64,000 bases of DNA. Source: an uncultured delta proteobacterium. Its GTDB lineage: Bacteria; Desulfobacterota; Desulfobacteria; Desulfobacterales; QNYZ01. Of this stretch, positions 1-10,026 are shown piece after piece; the first letter of the stretch is position 1, and the number at the start of each line of letters is the position of its first letter. Below the pieces are notes generated by a model. It was given only the letters and a program-made list of their open reading frames with translations, searched no databases and had not been told where the DNA came from. The translations under genes and the position numbers were made by a program. The DNA lies in contig CAWJQU010000005.1 in assembly GCA_963845145.1 (NCBI GenBank), positions 960,001-1,024,000 of the forward strand, in the 5' to 3' direction.

Positions 1-1
1 T

Positions 2-535
2 TTGATCGGTATCGCGTTGTCGCTGTTGGTTTTTCTATACAAAAGCATGCGCCCCCGGGTGATTTCGTTGTCGCTCAGTCCGGATAAAAGACTTCACGAC
101 GCGCTGACCTATGGATTGAAGGAATGCCGCTTTATCGATGTGGTTCGTTTCGAGGGGCCGCTTTTCTTCGCCAACTCGAGCTATCTGGAAACCCAGATCG
201 CCATGCATCGCCAAAACAAACCCGGGTTAAAACACATTCTTCTGGTAGCTGATGGCATTTACGATATGGATGCGTCCGGGCAGGAAATGCTCTCTTTGGT
301 CGTGGACCGGGTGCGCAGCGCCGACATCGACATATCTTTGAGCGGCGTGCATCTACCGGTGATGGATGTAATGAAACGGACCTACTTGCTTGAAAAAATA
401 GGCGTGGACAATATATACCCCAATATCGATACAGCCTTGTTAGCGATTCACACCAAAACCCATCAAGGGGAAGATGAACCCAGGTGCCCTTTGACAAAGG
501 TGGTGTATAGAGAAACAAAAAAACCGAGACCATAA
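2..535 (+). CDS. SulP family anion permease, C-terminal part with STAS domain (5'-truncated by window edge)
   Basis: Last TM helix, then STAS motifs RFEGPLFFANSSYLE and DMDASG. Confidence 0.88.
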   Translation: MIGIALSLLVFLYKSMRPRVISLSLSPDKRLHDALTYGLKECRFIDVVRFEGPLFFANSSYLETQIAMHRQNKPGLKHILLVADGIYDMDASGQEMLSLVVDRVRSADIDISLSGVHLPVMDVMKRTYLLEKIGVDNIYPNIDTALLAIHTKTHQGEDEPRCPLTKVVYRETKKPRP

Positions 536-608
536 AAAGCAGGGTAAAAAGGATCAAGGGGCAATATAAACGCATCATTCTCAAACCCTATGCATGGAGG
601 CCTAAAAC

Positions 609-1826
609 ATGGCGACCATTGTATTAAATAGCGGCACGTTCTGCCGGGAAAACGATGTCCTCGAAGAATTGCTGGCGACGACTGAGCTCAGCGTTGTCGG
701 CCCGGACGAGGTTGTGGCGGCCGCAGCGCAGCTGGCCGGAATGACCGAAAACAAAATTAAAAAAGCGTTTTCGGCCAAAACATCGCTTTTCAACAAATTT
801 TCCATGGAAAAAGAGAGGGCCATTGCCTTCTTGAAACTGGCCCTTTCAGAAATGCTTGCCGAAAGGCCCTTGTTGGTAAAAGGTTCCGTCGGTTTGCTGA
901 TACCAAGGGCGGTGGTCCACGTGTTACGGGTTTGTCTGATCGCCGAGCTGCCCTACCGTACGCAAATTGCCGCCAATCAGGGCCTCCCGGAAAAAGAAGC
1001 GGCCAAACAGATTCGACGCGATGATAATGATAGTGCCGCCTGGACCGATAACCTGTTTGAAATTACCGATCCGTGGGACGCGTCCTTGTTTGATGTGGTG
1101 ATTCCCATGGATAAACGTACCCCTGCCGAAGCGGCGGACATGATTATTCAAAATGCCGCCAACCCCGTTCTTCAACCCACGCCGGAATCAGAACAGGCCC
1201 TGGGTGATTTTCACCTGGCGGCCCGGGTAGAAACGACGATGTTTGCCGAAGGTCATCACGTGGCCGTATCGGCTGAAAAGGGCACCGTCACCCTGGTGAT
1301 TAACCGCCACGTCCTGATGCTCAAACGATTGGAAGAAGAATTAAAGACCATTGCCGAAAAAATAGATGGTGTCCAAAAGGTGGTCACAGAGGTGGGAACG
1401 GGCTTTCATAAGTCACATATTTATCGTAAACATGACTTTAAAGCACCCTCGAAGGTATTGCTGGTGGATGATGAGCGCGAATTTGCCGAAACCCTGTCCG
1501 AGCGGTTGATGATTCGGGATGTGGGAACGGCAGTGGTTCACGATGGCCAGGCAGCTCTCTCCGTGGTGGAGAACGATGATCCCGAGGTGATCATCATAGA
1601 CCTAAAAATGCCGGACATCGACGGGATGGACATTTTAAAAAAAGTGAAACAGTCGCGGCCTGAAATTGAAGTGATTGTGTTGACCGGGCACGGATCCGAT
1701 GCGGACAGAGATATTTGCCTTGGGTTGGGCGCTTTTGCCTATATGCAAAAGCCAGTGGAAATTGAGACCTTAAATAAAATAATTCTGGAAGCCAACGAAA
1801 AGGTTCGGGATAAAAAAAAGGAATAG
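609..1826 (+). CDS. Response regulator with N-terminal cytidylate-kinase-like domain, short BON-like linker and C-terminal receiver
   Basis: N-term resembles the cytidylate kinase-like family (DPWDASLFDVVI). C-term REC motifs VLLVDDE, DLKMP, LTGHG, QKP. GGAGG RBS upstream. Confidence 0.8.
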   Translation: MATIVLNSGTFCRENDVLEELLATTELSVVGPDEVVAAAAQLAGMTENKIKKAFSAKTSLFNKFSMEKERAIAFLKLALSEMLAERPLLVKGSVGLLIPRAVVHVLRVCLIAELPYRTQIAANQGLPEKEAAKQIRRDDNDSAAWTDNLFEITDPWDASLFDVVIPMDKRTPAEAADMIIQNAANPVLQPTPESEQALGDFHLAARVETTMFAEGHHVAVSAEKGTVTLVINRHVLMLKRLEEELKTIAEKIDGVQKVVTEVGTGFHKSHIYRKHDFKAPSKVLLVDDEREFAETLSERLMIRDVGTAVVHDGQAALSVVENDDPEVIIIDLKMPDIDGMDILKKVKQSRPEIEVIVLTGHGSDADRDICLGLGAFAYMQKPVEIETLNKIILEANEKVRDKKKE

Positions 1827-1886
1827 CGGTACCGTTCTATTAACCAACTTAAAAAATTGGCGGGAAATAAAAAAAGCAACACCGAC

Positions 1887-3716
1887 ATGTCCATGATTGA
1901 CAAACTCAGGCCCACTTTCTGGAACTATGAGGATGTGGCTGCCGGTTCCCATTCGGATCTTTACAGTTTTCGGCGCAAGTGGTGGCGCATGGTTATATTA
2001 ACGGCCATCGTCGCATTGACGCCGCTAATCCTGTTAAGCGTGTTTGAATATCGTATGACTAAAAAGGATATGAAGGCCGAGGCCGTTTCTCACGCCAATC
2101 AAATGGTTACCAGTATGTGGCACTCGGTCTCGTTTTTTTTAAGCGAGCATCGATCCGCGATGGCGTTTGTTCTTAACGATAATACCCAACAGGCGCTGCT
2201 CGATTCCGATCGGCTTGACGCGATTTTAAACAACCTGAATGTCGGTCTCGGTGGTTTCGTAGACTTGTCTGTGGTTTCCTCCCAAGGCCGTCTGTTACGC
2301 CACGCCGGACCGCAGTCGCCCGAGCGAGAGGACTTTTGCGAAGACATCTGTTTTAAAAAAGTGGTTGAGCGGGGATTTTATATCAGCGACCTCGTGTCGA
2401 ATCGCCTGCCGGAGCAGTATTTGGCCATGGCCATTCGAAAAGACATGTCGAGTGGGGATTTTTTTGTTTTGCGAGCCACATTGGACATCAAGCCGATAGC
2501 CGACCTGATGGCCAAACCGGTCCAGGGGCCGAAGGGGGATGCCTTTATTGTAAATGCCGCCGGAGCGCTTCAAACCCCTTCTATGTTTTACGGTGCACCG
2601 TATAAAAAGATACCGTTGGCCATTTCCGACACATTAACCCAACCCCGTGTGTTCGAAACCACCGACCATGAAGGTGCGCGACTGTTCGTAGGGGTTGCCC
2701 CCATTGCCGACACCTCCCTGATTGTGGTGGTGGTCCACAATGAGCATGCACTTATGGGGCGGTGGCGCCAATCAAGAATTAACCTATTTATATTTTTAGG
2801 GGTCAGCGTGGCCGCCATTTTATTAATGGTTTTGGGGATGGCGACCTATCTCGTTAATCGGATTCATGCGGCCGACCAGAAACGGATCACGGAACTGCAC
2901 AAGGTAGAATATGCAAACAAAATGGTCTCCCTTGGCCGACTTTCCGCCGGTGTGGGGCATGAAATAAACAACCCCATTGCCATTGTTAACGAAAAGATCG
3001 GGCTCATTAAGGATCTGCTGCTTCAAATCGAAGCCAATCCATTTGAACAAAAAATGGTTACCCTGGCCGATGATATTATCCAATCGATTCGCCGGTGTGG
3101 AGATATTACCAACCGGCTGATTAATTTCGGTCGGTACCAGGAACTACGACTCGAACCCCTGGACCTCAAAAACATCCTCCATGATTTACTGGCTTTCATG
3201 GAAAAAGAGGCAGAATCCCAGTGTATTGTTGTCTCGATTGATGTGCCGGAAAACCTGCCCATGGTTAAAAGCGATAAAAACTGTCTCCAGCAGATTTTTT
3301 TAAACATCATCAATAATGCCTTTGCCGCTATGGAGGAGGGGGGGCGGCTGGATATTAAGGTTACGATCGAACCAGACCAGCGATTGGTGATCTCTTTTGT
3401 TGATACCGGCCGGGGAATTTCTCCTGAGGATTTAAAAAAGGTTTTTGAGCCGTTTTTCTCCTCCAAAAGCAGTGCTACAGGGACCGGACTCGGGCTTTCG
3501 GTAACCTATGGGTTGGTAGCCCAAATTGGTGGTACGATTCGTGTTGAAAGCGAGACCGATAAAGGTGCGCGTTTCATTGTGGCGTTACCGGTTAACGCCA
3601 CGGTTGAGGCATCCAATGACGATTGTCGTTACTACCCGCCCGATGAATCCACCTTAGGTGAATCGCCACCAAATGAATCGTCAAGGGTTTCTATAAAAGA
3701 ACAAGGGAGCGCTTAG
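1887..3716 (+). CDS. Membrane sensor histidine kinase (Cache-like periplasmic domain, HisKA, HATPase)
   Basis: Two TM helices; H-box GHEINNP; N-box QIFLNIINNA; G1 DTGRGI; F-box FEPFFS; G2 GTGLGL. ATG 1887 preferred to TTG 1857. Confidence 0.92.
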   Translation: MSMIDKLRPTFWNYEDVAAGSHSDLYSFRRKWWRMVILTAIVALTPLILLSVFEYRMTKKDMKAEAVSHANQMVTSMWHSVSFFLSEHRSAMAFVLNDNTQQALLDSDRLDAILNNLNVGLGGFVDLSVVSSQGRLLRHAGPQSPEREDFCEDICFKKVVERGFYISDLVSNRLPEQYLAMAIRKDMSSGDFFVLRATLDIKPIADLMAKPVQGPKGDAFIVNAAGALQTPSMFYGAPYKKIPLAISDTLTQPRVFETTDHEGARLFVGVAPIADTSLIVVVVHNEHALMGRWRQSRINLFIFLGVSVAAILLMVLGMATYLVNRIHAADQKRITELHKVEYANKMVSLGRLSAGVGHEINNPIAIVNEKIGLIKDLLLQIEANPFEQKMVTLADDIIQSIRRCGDITNRLINFGRYQELRLEPLDLKNILHDLLAFMEKEAESQCIVVSIDVPENLPMVKSDKNCLQQIFLNIINNAFAAMEEGGRLDIKVTIEPDQRLVISFVDTGRGISPEDLKKVFEPFFSSKSSATGTGLGLSVTYGLVAQIGGTIRVESETDKGARFIVALPVNATVEASNDDCRYYPPDESTLGESPPNESSRVSIKEQGSA

Positions 3717-4379
3717 ATGGGTCGCACGGGTCCGGATAATCAAAAAGAAGGCATTCATTTTTTAGGTGAATTGACAGCTTTGCTGTCCCACGACCTAAAA
3801 AATGTCCTGGCGATTATCAACGAAAATGCCGGGCTGCTGGAAGACCTGGTTTTTATGGCCGCCGATCAACATCCCGTTGATCCGGAAAGAGTGGCCGTGG
3901 TGGCCGGTAAAATTCGGCAACAAGTGCGACGGGCGGACGTCATGATCAAACGCTTAAATCAGGTGGGACATAGTGTTGATCGGCCCTTGGCCTCGGTAAA
4001 TCTGGCGGATATCGTGGAAAACATGTGTGCGCTGGCCGACCGCAAAGCGGCCATGAAGGCGGTGACCATAAAAGTCTTGCACCCACCGGATCCGATAACC
4101 GTGAAAACCGACCCGTTTTCCCTTCAGCAGTTCTTCTGGCAATGCCTGGATGAGGCCATCGGTAGGGCAAAGACTTCGAAAAAACTGGAAGTAAATGTGT
4201 CGGCTTCGCCCGCGGGCGCAGACATTGTTTTTGGCCCCATGCAGGACATTCAAGATATGGTGAAAATAGGCGGGGTCGCCGGGTCCGCCCATTTTATAGG
4301 GAAGTTGAGAGCCGAGCTTATTCCGGACCGTGATAAGGGCCTTCTGACGGTTCGATTACCCTTCGACGTGGCGGCGTGA
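3717..4379 (+). CDS. HisKA-containing protein with degenerate ATPase domain (putative histidine phosphotransferase)
   Basis: H-box LSHDLKNVLAIINENAG present; no recognisable N, G1 or G2 boxes. Confidence 0.65.
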   Translation: MGRTGPDNQKEGIHFLGELTALLSHDLKNVLAIINENAGLLEDLVFMAADQHPVDPERVAVVAGKIRQQVRRADVMIKRLNQVGHSVDRPLASVNLADIVENMCALADRKAAMKAVTIKVLHPPDPITVKTDPFSLQQFFWQCLDEAIGRAKTSKKLEVNVSASPAGADIVFGPMQDIQDMVKIGGVAGSAHFIGKLRAELIPDRDKGLLTVRLPFDVAA

Positions 4380-4400
4380 TTGCCGAAAAAAGAGAACACG

Positions 4401-4769
4401 ATGTCGAAAAACATACTCATAGTGGACGATGACGAAGATCTGGTTGAAATTATGACCGAGCGGTTAAAAATGCGCGGCATGACGGTAACACCCGCCAGCA
4501 CCGCCGCCGAGGCATTGGTGCTGATCGAAGAGGAAACCTTCGATGTTATGATTATTGACTTTATGTTGCCGGGAACCGATGGGTTGCAGGCCATTAAACT
4601 GATCCGGGACAAGCAACCCCGTCTTAGGATTATACTTCAAACCGCATATGCCACGGTTGAAAAGGAAAAAGAAGCGCTGGCCATAGGGGCCTGGGGCGTT
4701 ATTGAAAAGCCGGCGGATCTTGACCGGTTAACCCGTCTAATTAATGCAAAAAATGATCATTCCAATTGA
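4401..4769 (+). CDS. Single-domain response regulator (receiver only)
   Basis: ILIVDDD, DFMLP, QTAY, EKP motifs; ATG at 4401. Confidence 0.9.
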   Translation: MSKNILIVDDDEDLVEIMTERLKMRGMTVTPASTAAEALVLIEEETFDVMIIDFMLPGTDGLQAIKLIRDKQPRLRIILQTAYATVEKEKEALAIGAWGVIEKPADLDRLTRLINAKNDHSN

Positions 4770-4823
4770 TGGCCTGCAATGCCATAACGCCCCAATAAAT
4801 ATAAGACCTCACCGAAATGGGGC

Positions 4824-5507
4824 TTAACGCGTTTTTGTTACCCCGACTTGAGGACACATATGATCCACCGGGCACCGGCTGCACCAGGGCGATATCGGCC
4901 GGCAAAGTACCTGGCCGAAGGCGACCAACAGTTCATTGTATATAACCCAATGCTTCCGGGGTAGTTTTTTGCGCAGGGCAAATTCGGTCTGTTCCGGGGT
5001 TTTGGTCTTAACATATCCGATGCGGTTGCTGATGCGGTGGACATGGGTGTCCACGCAAATTGCTTCCTGGCCGAACCCTTCCACAAGAACCAGGTTGGCG
5101 GTTTTACGACCGACGCCGGGAAGTTCGAGCAGCGCCTCAATGGTATCAGGAACCCGGCCGTTATACTTATCTAAGAGAATTCGGCTGATACGCCGCAATT
5201 GTTTGGCTTTAGTCGGGTAGAAACCCACTGGATAGATGAGCTTTTCAATGGTTTTCTCATCCAACACCAGAAGATCGGCCGGAGTGTTCGCTTTGGATAA
5301 AATTCGCTTGGCGGCCACCGCAGTAACCTCATCTTTGGTACGCAAAGAGAGGATGGTCGCTACGAGAACTTCGAATGGGCTGCCGCCGTGGCTGGCGATC
5401 AACGTAATCACCGGCGCATCCCAGTCGCGATACTGTTTTTTCAGCGTACCCACGAAGCGGTCGATATTAAAGGGTGCCGGCTTGGGGTTCGGGGTTGTTT
5501 TTGACAT
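4824..5507 (-). CDS. nth: Endonuclease III
   Basis: HhH motif LPGVGRKTA, VDTHVHRI, Fe-S motif CRPISPWCSRCPVDHMC. ATG at 5507 is the likely start. Confidence 0.95.
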   Translation of the reverse strand: MSKTTPNPKPAPFNIDRFVGTLKKQYRDWDAPVITLIASHGGSPFEVLVATILSLRTKDEVTAVAAKRILSKANTPADLLVLDEKTIEKLIYPVGFYPTKAKQLRRISRILLDKYNGRVPDTIEALLELPGVGRKTANLVLVEGFGQEAICVDTHVHRISNRIGYVKTKTPEQTEFALRKKLPRKHWVIYNELLVAFGQVLCRPISPWCSRCPVDHMCPQVGVTKTR

Positions 5508-5561
5508 GGTGTCTTTCCGGAAGTAGCCGCTGGTGGTTTTCGCCAAAGAGTGCCACCGTGA

Positions 5562-5584
5562 TATTAGAACAGGGTATTAGAACA
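5562..5584. repeat. Direct repeat TATTAGAACA x2, candidate operator
   Basis: TATTAGAACA-GGG-TATTAGAACA in the short divergent nth/luxR-type spacer. Confidence 0.45.
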
Positions 5585-5641
5585 AGGTGTCGTTGAAGTC
5601 AATCTTACACAATTCATCCAAGGTGCCACACTGATAAGCCA

Positions 5642-7210
5642 ATGAAAAACCCTGCCAATTCCAACACCGATTTATCGGAATCCTTGTCCCTCAAACTGGC
5701 TCAAGCCGAACTATCGTATCAGCGGCAAAGTGAGCATCTATCCGCACTCCACCAAACCGCGGTGGCATTGATCGACCGTCTGGATCGAAAAGAGCTGTTG
5801 CAAACCATACTGGAGCGGGTCACCACGCTGGTCGGTACGGATCATGGGTATGTTTTTTTAGTCAGTGCTGATCGGGAATTTATGGAAATTCGTGTGGGAA
5901 AGGGATTTTTTACCAGTCAACTCGGTTTAAGGGTCGTCCGGGGCGAAGGATTGGGCGGTATGGTCTGGGTTTCCCGCAAGCCGGTGCTGCTGGATGATTA
6001 CCGTTCCTGGCCCCATCGGTTGCCGGAAAAAGCGTTGGACGGATTGCGCAGTACCATCGGTATTCCGCTGATCTCCGACGAGGGGGTTCAGGGGGTTATT
6101 GGTGTGGCCCATACCGATGCCCGCAAACGCTTTGAGACAGACGATGTTGCCATGCTTGAACGGTTTGCGGCCCTGGCCCTCATCGCTTTGGAAAAGGCGC
6201 GCTTGTACGCCACGGTTCGCGCCGAACTGGCTGAACGGATGCGGGCCGAAGAGCGCATTCGAAGAAGTGAACAGCGCTATCGCGGGTTGTTGGAAGCATC
6301 GCCGGATCCGGTGGTTGTCTATGATATGCATGGCAATGCGACTTATGTGAACCCGGCTTTTGAGCAGGTTTTCGGTTTTTCAAGAGAAGAAAGTATCGGT
6401 AAAAAAATCGATTTTGTCCCCGAAGAAAATTGGCCCGAGACGCAGGTCGCGATTAAAGAAATGCTCAGCGGTCAAAAGATCAACCTTTTTGAAACCCGGC
6501 GCCGAACACGAAATAATCGGCTGCTGGACGTGCAGTTAAGCTCCACGTTGTACCTCGACCACAACGGCAACCCGGCCGGCAACATTGTGATATTGCGGGA
6601 TATTACCGACCAAAAGCGGGCCGAAAAAGAGTTGAAGAAATATCGGGATCAGCTGGAAGACCGGGTTCATGAGAGAACGGTTGAGTTGGAGGTGACCAAT
6701 CTCCACATCGGCAAAGAGATCGAAGTGCGCAAGCGAACGGAAGTGGCCCTGCGAAAGCGTGAAAAAGAACTAAAGGCGCAGTCGGATCACCTGGAAAATG
6801 TGAATATTGCCCTAAAAGTTCTTTTGAAACAACGTGAAGCGGACAAACATGAGATGGAAGAAAAAGTGGTGTCCAACATCAAGGAGCTGGTGAATCCGTA
6901 TATGGAGCAGCTTAAATCCGGCCGGCTCTCTGCGCGCCAGAAAACCCTGGTGGATGTGCTGGAAACCAATTTAAATAACATTACGTCACCGTTTTATGCC
7001 ACGCTTTCGGCGCAATTTAAGCGGTTTACACCTACAGAGGTGCGTATCGCCAATCTGGTCCGGGAGGGAAAAACCAACAAAGAGATGGCGGCCTTGCTCT
7101 CCATATCCAAAAATACGGTGATGTTTCATCGGTACAATATTCGACGCAAGCTGGGGATAAAAAACAAGGGCGTCAATTTGCGGACTTACTTGTCGGCTAT
7201 TGGAAAGTAG
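5642..7210 (+). CDS. GAF-PAS-LuxR HTH transcriptional regulator
   Basis: GAF domain, PAS/PAC (YVNPAFEQVFG, RDITDQK), C-terminal LuxR HTH FTPTEVRIANLVREGKTNKEMA...FHRYNIRRKLG. Confidence 0.9.
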   Translation: MKNPANSNTDLSESLSLKLAQAELSYQRQSEHLSALHQTAVALIDRLDRKELLQTILERVTTLVGTDHGYVFLVSADREFMEIRVGKGFFTSQLGLRVVRGEGLGGMVWVSRKPVLLDDYRSWPHRLPEKALDGLRSTIGIPLISDEGVQGVIGVAHTDARKRFETDDVAMLERFAALALIALEKARLYATVRAELAERMRAEERIRRSEQRYRGLLEASPDPVVVYDMHGNATYVNPAFEQVFGFSREESIGKKIDFVPEENWPETQVAIKEMLSGQKINLFETRRRTRNNRLLDVQLSSTLYLDHNGNPAGNIVILRDITDQKRAEKELKKYRDQLEDRVHERTVELEVTNLHIGKEIEVRKRTEVALRKREKELKAQSDHLENVNIALKVLLKQREADKHEMEEKVVSNIKELVNPYMEQLKSGRLSARQKTLVDVLETNLNNITSPFYATLSAQFKRFTPTEVRIANLVREGKTNKEMAALLSISKNTVMFHRYNIRRKLGIKNKGVNLRTYLSAIGK

Positions 7211-7253
7211 TGGTTTTTGACCACTATTATGCCGCTATTTTATCTAATTGACA
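7208..7253 (+). promoter_or_regulatory. Inverted-repeat operator TAGTGGT-N5-ACCACTA plus -35 TTGACA upstream of the ABC operon
   Basis: Perfect 7-bp IR at 7208-7226; TTGACA at 7248-7253; no good -10. Confidence 0.5.
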
Positions 7254-7332
7254 TTTTGTCGGTGGTGTGGGAAAAACCGTGGATCGGAAGTAATCATCCC
7301 TTTTACCGTCAGAACCTCAGATAAGTAACCCT

Positions 7333-8094
7333 ATGAGCGATCTACGTATTTCTAATGTGACCCTATCCTTCGGAGGATTAAAGGCCCTTTCCCAAGTCAA
7401 CATGCTGGTCAAATCGGGGTTGATTACCTCGGTCATTGGGCCCAATGGCGCCGGAAAAACCAGCCTGCTCAACTGTATATCGGGATTTTACCACCCCTCT
7501 TCCGGAGATATCCATTTTGGTGACCATAACCTAAACAAAGCCTCCCCCCATCAGATATCCAGTCTGGGAATTGCCCGGGCGTTTCAAAATATCGAGTTGT
7601 TTTCAGGGATGACGGTGTTGGACAACCTGTTGTTGGCTCGCCATCAGAATTTAAATTACAATTTTTTTCAGGCCGTCATCTATTTTGGTAAAACATCCAA
7701 AGTGGAGGCCGAAAACCGGGCCTATGTGGAAGATGTTATCGACTTTATGGAGCTTGAGCCGTATCGAAAAAGTATGGTGGGCAGCCTGGCTTACGGCATT
7801 CAAAAACGGGTTGAAGTCGCCCGCGCTTTGACCCTGGGTCCGGAGCTGTTGCTTCTGGATGAGCCCATGGCGGGAATGAATGTCGAGGAAAAAGAGGATA
7901 TGGTGCGATTTATCATGGATATTTTAAAAGAACGCCATATTACCGTCATCCTGGTGGAACACGATCTGGGCGTGGTCATGGATATTTCCGATCAGGTTTT
8001 TGTGTTCGACTTTGGAGAGCTGATCGGGTCGGGTACGCCGGGAGAAGTCGCCACGAACCCCAAGGTTGTAGAGGCATACATCGGAGAAGACTAA
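7333..8094 (+). CDS. Liv-type ABC transporter ATP-binding protein (LivG-like)
   Basis: Walker A GPNGAGKT, LLLLDEP, VEHD. Confidence 0.92.
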   Translation: MSDLRISNVTLSFGGLKALSQVNMLVKSGLITSVIGPNGAGKTSLLNCISGFYHPSSGDIHFGDHNLNKASPHQISSLGIARAFQNIELFSGMTVLDNLLLARHQNLNYNFFQAVIYFGKTSKVEAENRAYVEDVIDFMELEPYRKSMVGSLAYGIQKRVEVARALTLGPELLLLDEPMAGMNVEEKEDMVRFIMDILKERHITVILVEHDLGVVMDISDQVFVFDFGELIGSGTPGEVATNPKVVEAYIGED

Positions 8095-8097
8095 CCA

Positions 8098-10026
8098 TTG
8101 GAGAATAAAGACCATTTAATCGACCTGACCATCCCTCAATTATTGCGTTGGCGGGTAAAAGCGTCACCGAATAAGGTCGCCCTGCGAGAAAAGGATTTCG
8201 GGTGTTGGAACAACATCACTTGGCAGGAGTATTATGATCTTGTTGCCAAAACGGCGCTGGGGCTGGAGAAAATCGGTCTAAAAAAGGAAGACAAACTTGC
8301 CCTGATTTGTGACAACATTCCCGAGATGTTGATTGTTTCAATAGGCACCCACGCGATCGGGGCCCTTTCCCTAGGTATATATCAATCCACCCTGCCGGAC
8401 GAAATTTCCCAGATACTTAATTCATTGGATGTCAGTGCCGTTTTTTGCGACGATCAGGAGCAGGTGGACAAACTGGTTGAAGTTCGCGACCGGGTGCCCG
8501 GGGTTAAAAAAGTAATATATGAAGACCCCCGGGGGATGCGCGGTTATCGCGACGATGACTGGTTTATGTTTATTGACGATCTGTATGCCCTTGGCGCGGC
8601 TGAATTAGAAAAAACCCCGGAGCGTTTTGAGGATATGGTAGATGCCGGCCAGCCGGATGATGCCTGCCACCTCTGCCTCACTTCCGGGACCACAGGGCTG
8701 CCCAAGGGAACCATTTTAAGCCATCGAAATTATGTTAATATGGGAATTCAACTCACCAAAGTCGATCCCCTTGAAGAGAGCGACGAGTATGTCTCTTTTC
8801 TCCCGTTTGCCTGGATCGGTGAACAGATGAATTCTTTCGGCGTTGCCATGGCCACCGGGATTACGATCAATTTTCCCGAATCTGTGGAAACCGCCATGTC
8901 GGATTTGAAAGAGATCGGGCCCCATTTCATGTTTGGGGCACCCCGAATATATGAGACCATTCGCTCCAACATCTGGCTTAAAATCGATGAATCGTATTGG
9001 CTGAACCGTCGTTTTTATGAATATTTCATCACGGTCGGCGAAAAAGCAGCCAAATATCGTATGGCCGGCCGAAAAATGCCCGTATGGCTGCGGTTTCAAG
9101 CCTGGCTGGGAAGTACGGTTGTTTTTTCCCCCTTGATTAATCAGATGGGGTTGTTGCGCTTGCGACGCGCTTATACCGGTGGTGCCGCCCTGGGGCCGGA
9201 TTTGTTTACCTTTTACCAAGCCTTGGGGGTGAACCTAAAACAGATTTATGGACAGACCGAAATTGTGGGCATCGCCTATATGCATCGGGATGGCGACGTG
9301 CGCCCGGACACGGTGGGTAAGCCCCTTCCGGAAACCGAGTGCAAGATCTCCGAGGAGGGTGAAATTCTGTCCCGCTCGCCTTCCGTGACACGAGGATATT
9401 ACCAACAGCCCGAAAAAACGGCGGAATTACTGGAAGGGGGATGGCTGCACTCCGGTGATGCCGGTTATATCGATGAAAACGGCCATCTGGTGGTAATCGA
9501 CCGTTTGGCGGACGTGATGCACAGCCGTAAGGGCGAGATGTTTAGTCCCCAGTTCCTTGAAAACAAACTGAAATTTAGCCCGTACATCAAAGAGGTGGTG
9601 ATATTCGGTAACCAGCAGGATTATATCGGCGCGCTGGTCAATATCGATCCGGTGGTGGTGGGAAAATGGGCCGAAGACAAAGGGGTTTCCTACACCACAT
9701 TTATGGATCTGTCCCAAAAGGCTGAAGTGGCCGAACTGGTTCACCAGCAGGTCACCAAGTACAATAAAAATGTAGAAATGGACCATTTTAGAATTCATCG
9801 GTTTGCCATTTTGTATAAAATGCTTGATGTGGATGACGGGGAATTAACCAAAACCGGTAAGCTGCGGCGGAAATTTTTATTGGAAAAATATCAACCGTTG
9901 TATGACGGGCTTTACGATGAAAGCGTGAGCGAAAAAGAAGTCGAGGCCTTTTTTCAATACCAGGACGGTCAAACCACTACCATGAAAACCAATTTGATGT
10001 TTTATACCATGGAAGAAGTGACATGA
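8098..10026 (+). CDS. Long-chain acyl-CoA synthetase (AMP-binding)
   Basis: TSGTTGLPKG, YGQTE, GWLHSGDAG, ELTKTGKLRR. TTG start. Confidence 0.9.
   Translation: MENKDHLIDLTIPQLLRWRVKASPNKVALREKDFGCWNNITWQEYYDLVAKTALGLEKIGLKKEDKLALICDNIPEMLIVSIGTHAIGALSLGIYQSTLPDEISQILNSLDVSAVFCDDQEQVDKLVEVRDRVPGVKKVIYEDPRGMRGYRDDDWFMFIDDLYALGAAELEKTPERFEDMVDAGQPDDACHLCLTSGTTGLPKGTILSHRNYVNMGIQLTKVDPLEESDEYVSFLPFAWIGEQMNSFGVAMATGITINFPESVETAMSDLKEIGPHFMFGAPRIYETIRSNIWLKIDESYWLNRRFYEYFITVGEKAAKYRMAGRKMPVWLRFQAWLGSTVVFSPLINQMGLLRLRRAYTGGAALGPDLFTFYQALGVNLKQIYGQTEIVGIAYMHRDGDVRPDTVGKPLPETECKISEEGEILSRSPSVTRGYYQQPEKTAELLEGGWLHSGDAGYIDENGHLVVIDRLADVMHSRKGEMFSPQFLENKLKFSPYIKEVVIFGNQQDYIGALVNIDPVVVGKWAEDKGVSYTTFMDLSQKAEVAELVHQQVTKYNKNVEMDHFRIHRFAILYKMLDVDDGELTKTGKLRRKFLLEKYQPLYDGLYDESVSEKEVEAFFQYQDGQTTTMKTNLMFYTMEEVT

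Noticed and set aside
1887..4769. Stop-codon read-through fusing three abutting same-frame ORFs (TAG-ATG at 3716/3717, TGA-TTG at 4379/4380)
   Set aside because: Each ORF is a self-contained domain set with its own start; the stops are not at Cys-motif positions and no SECIS-like signal was seen.
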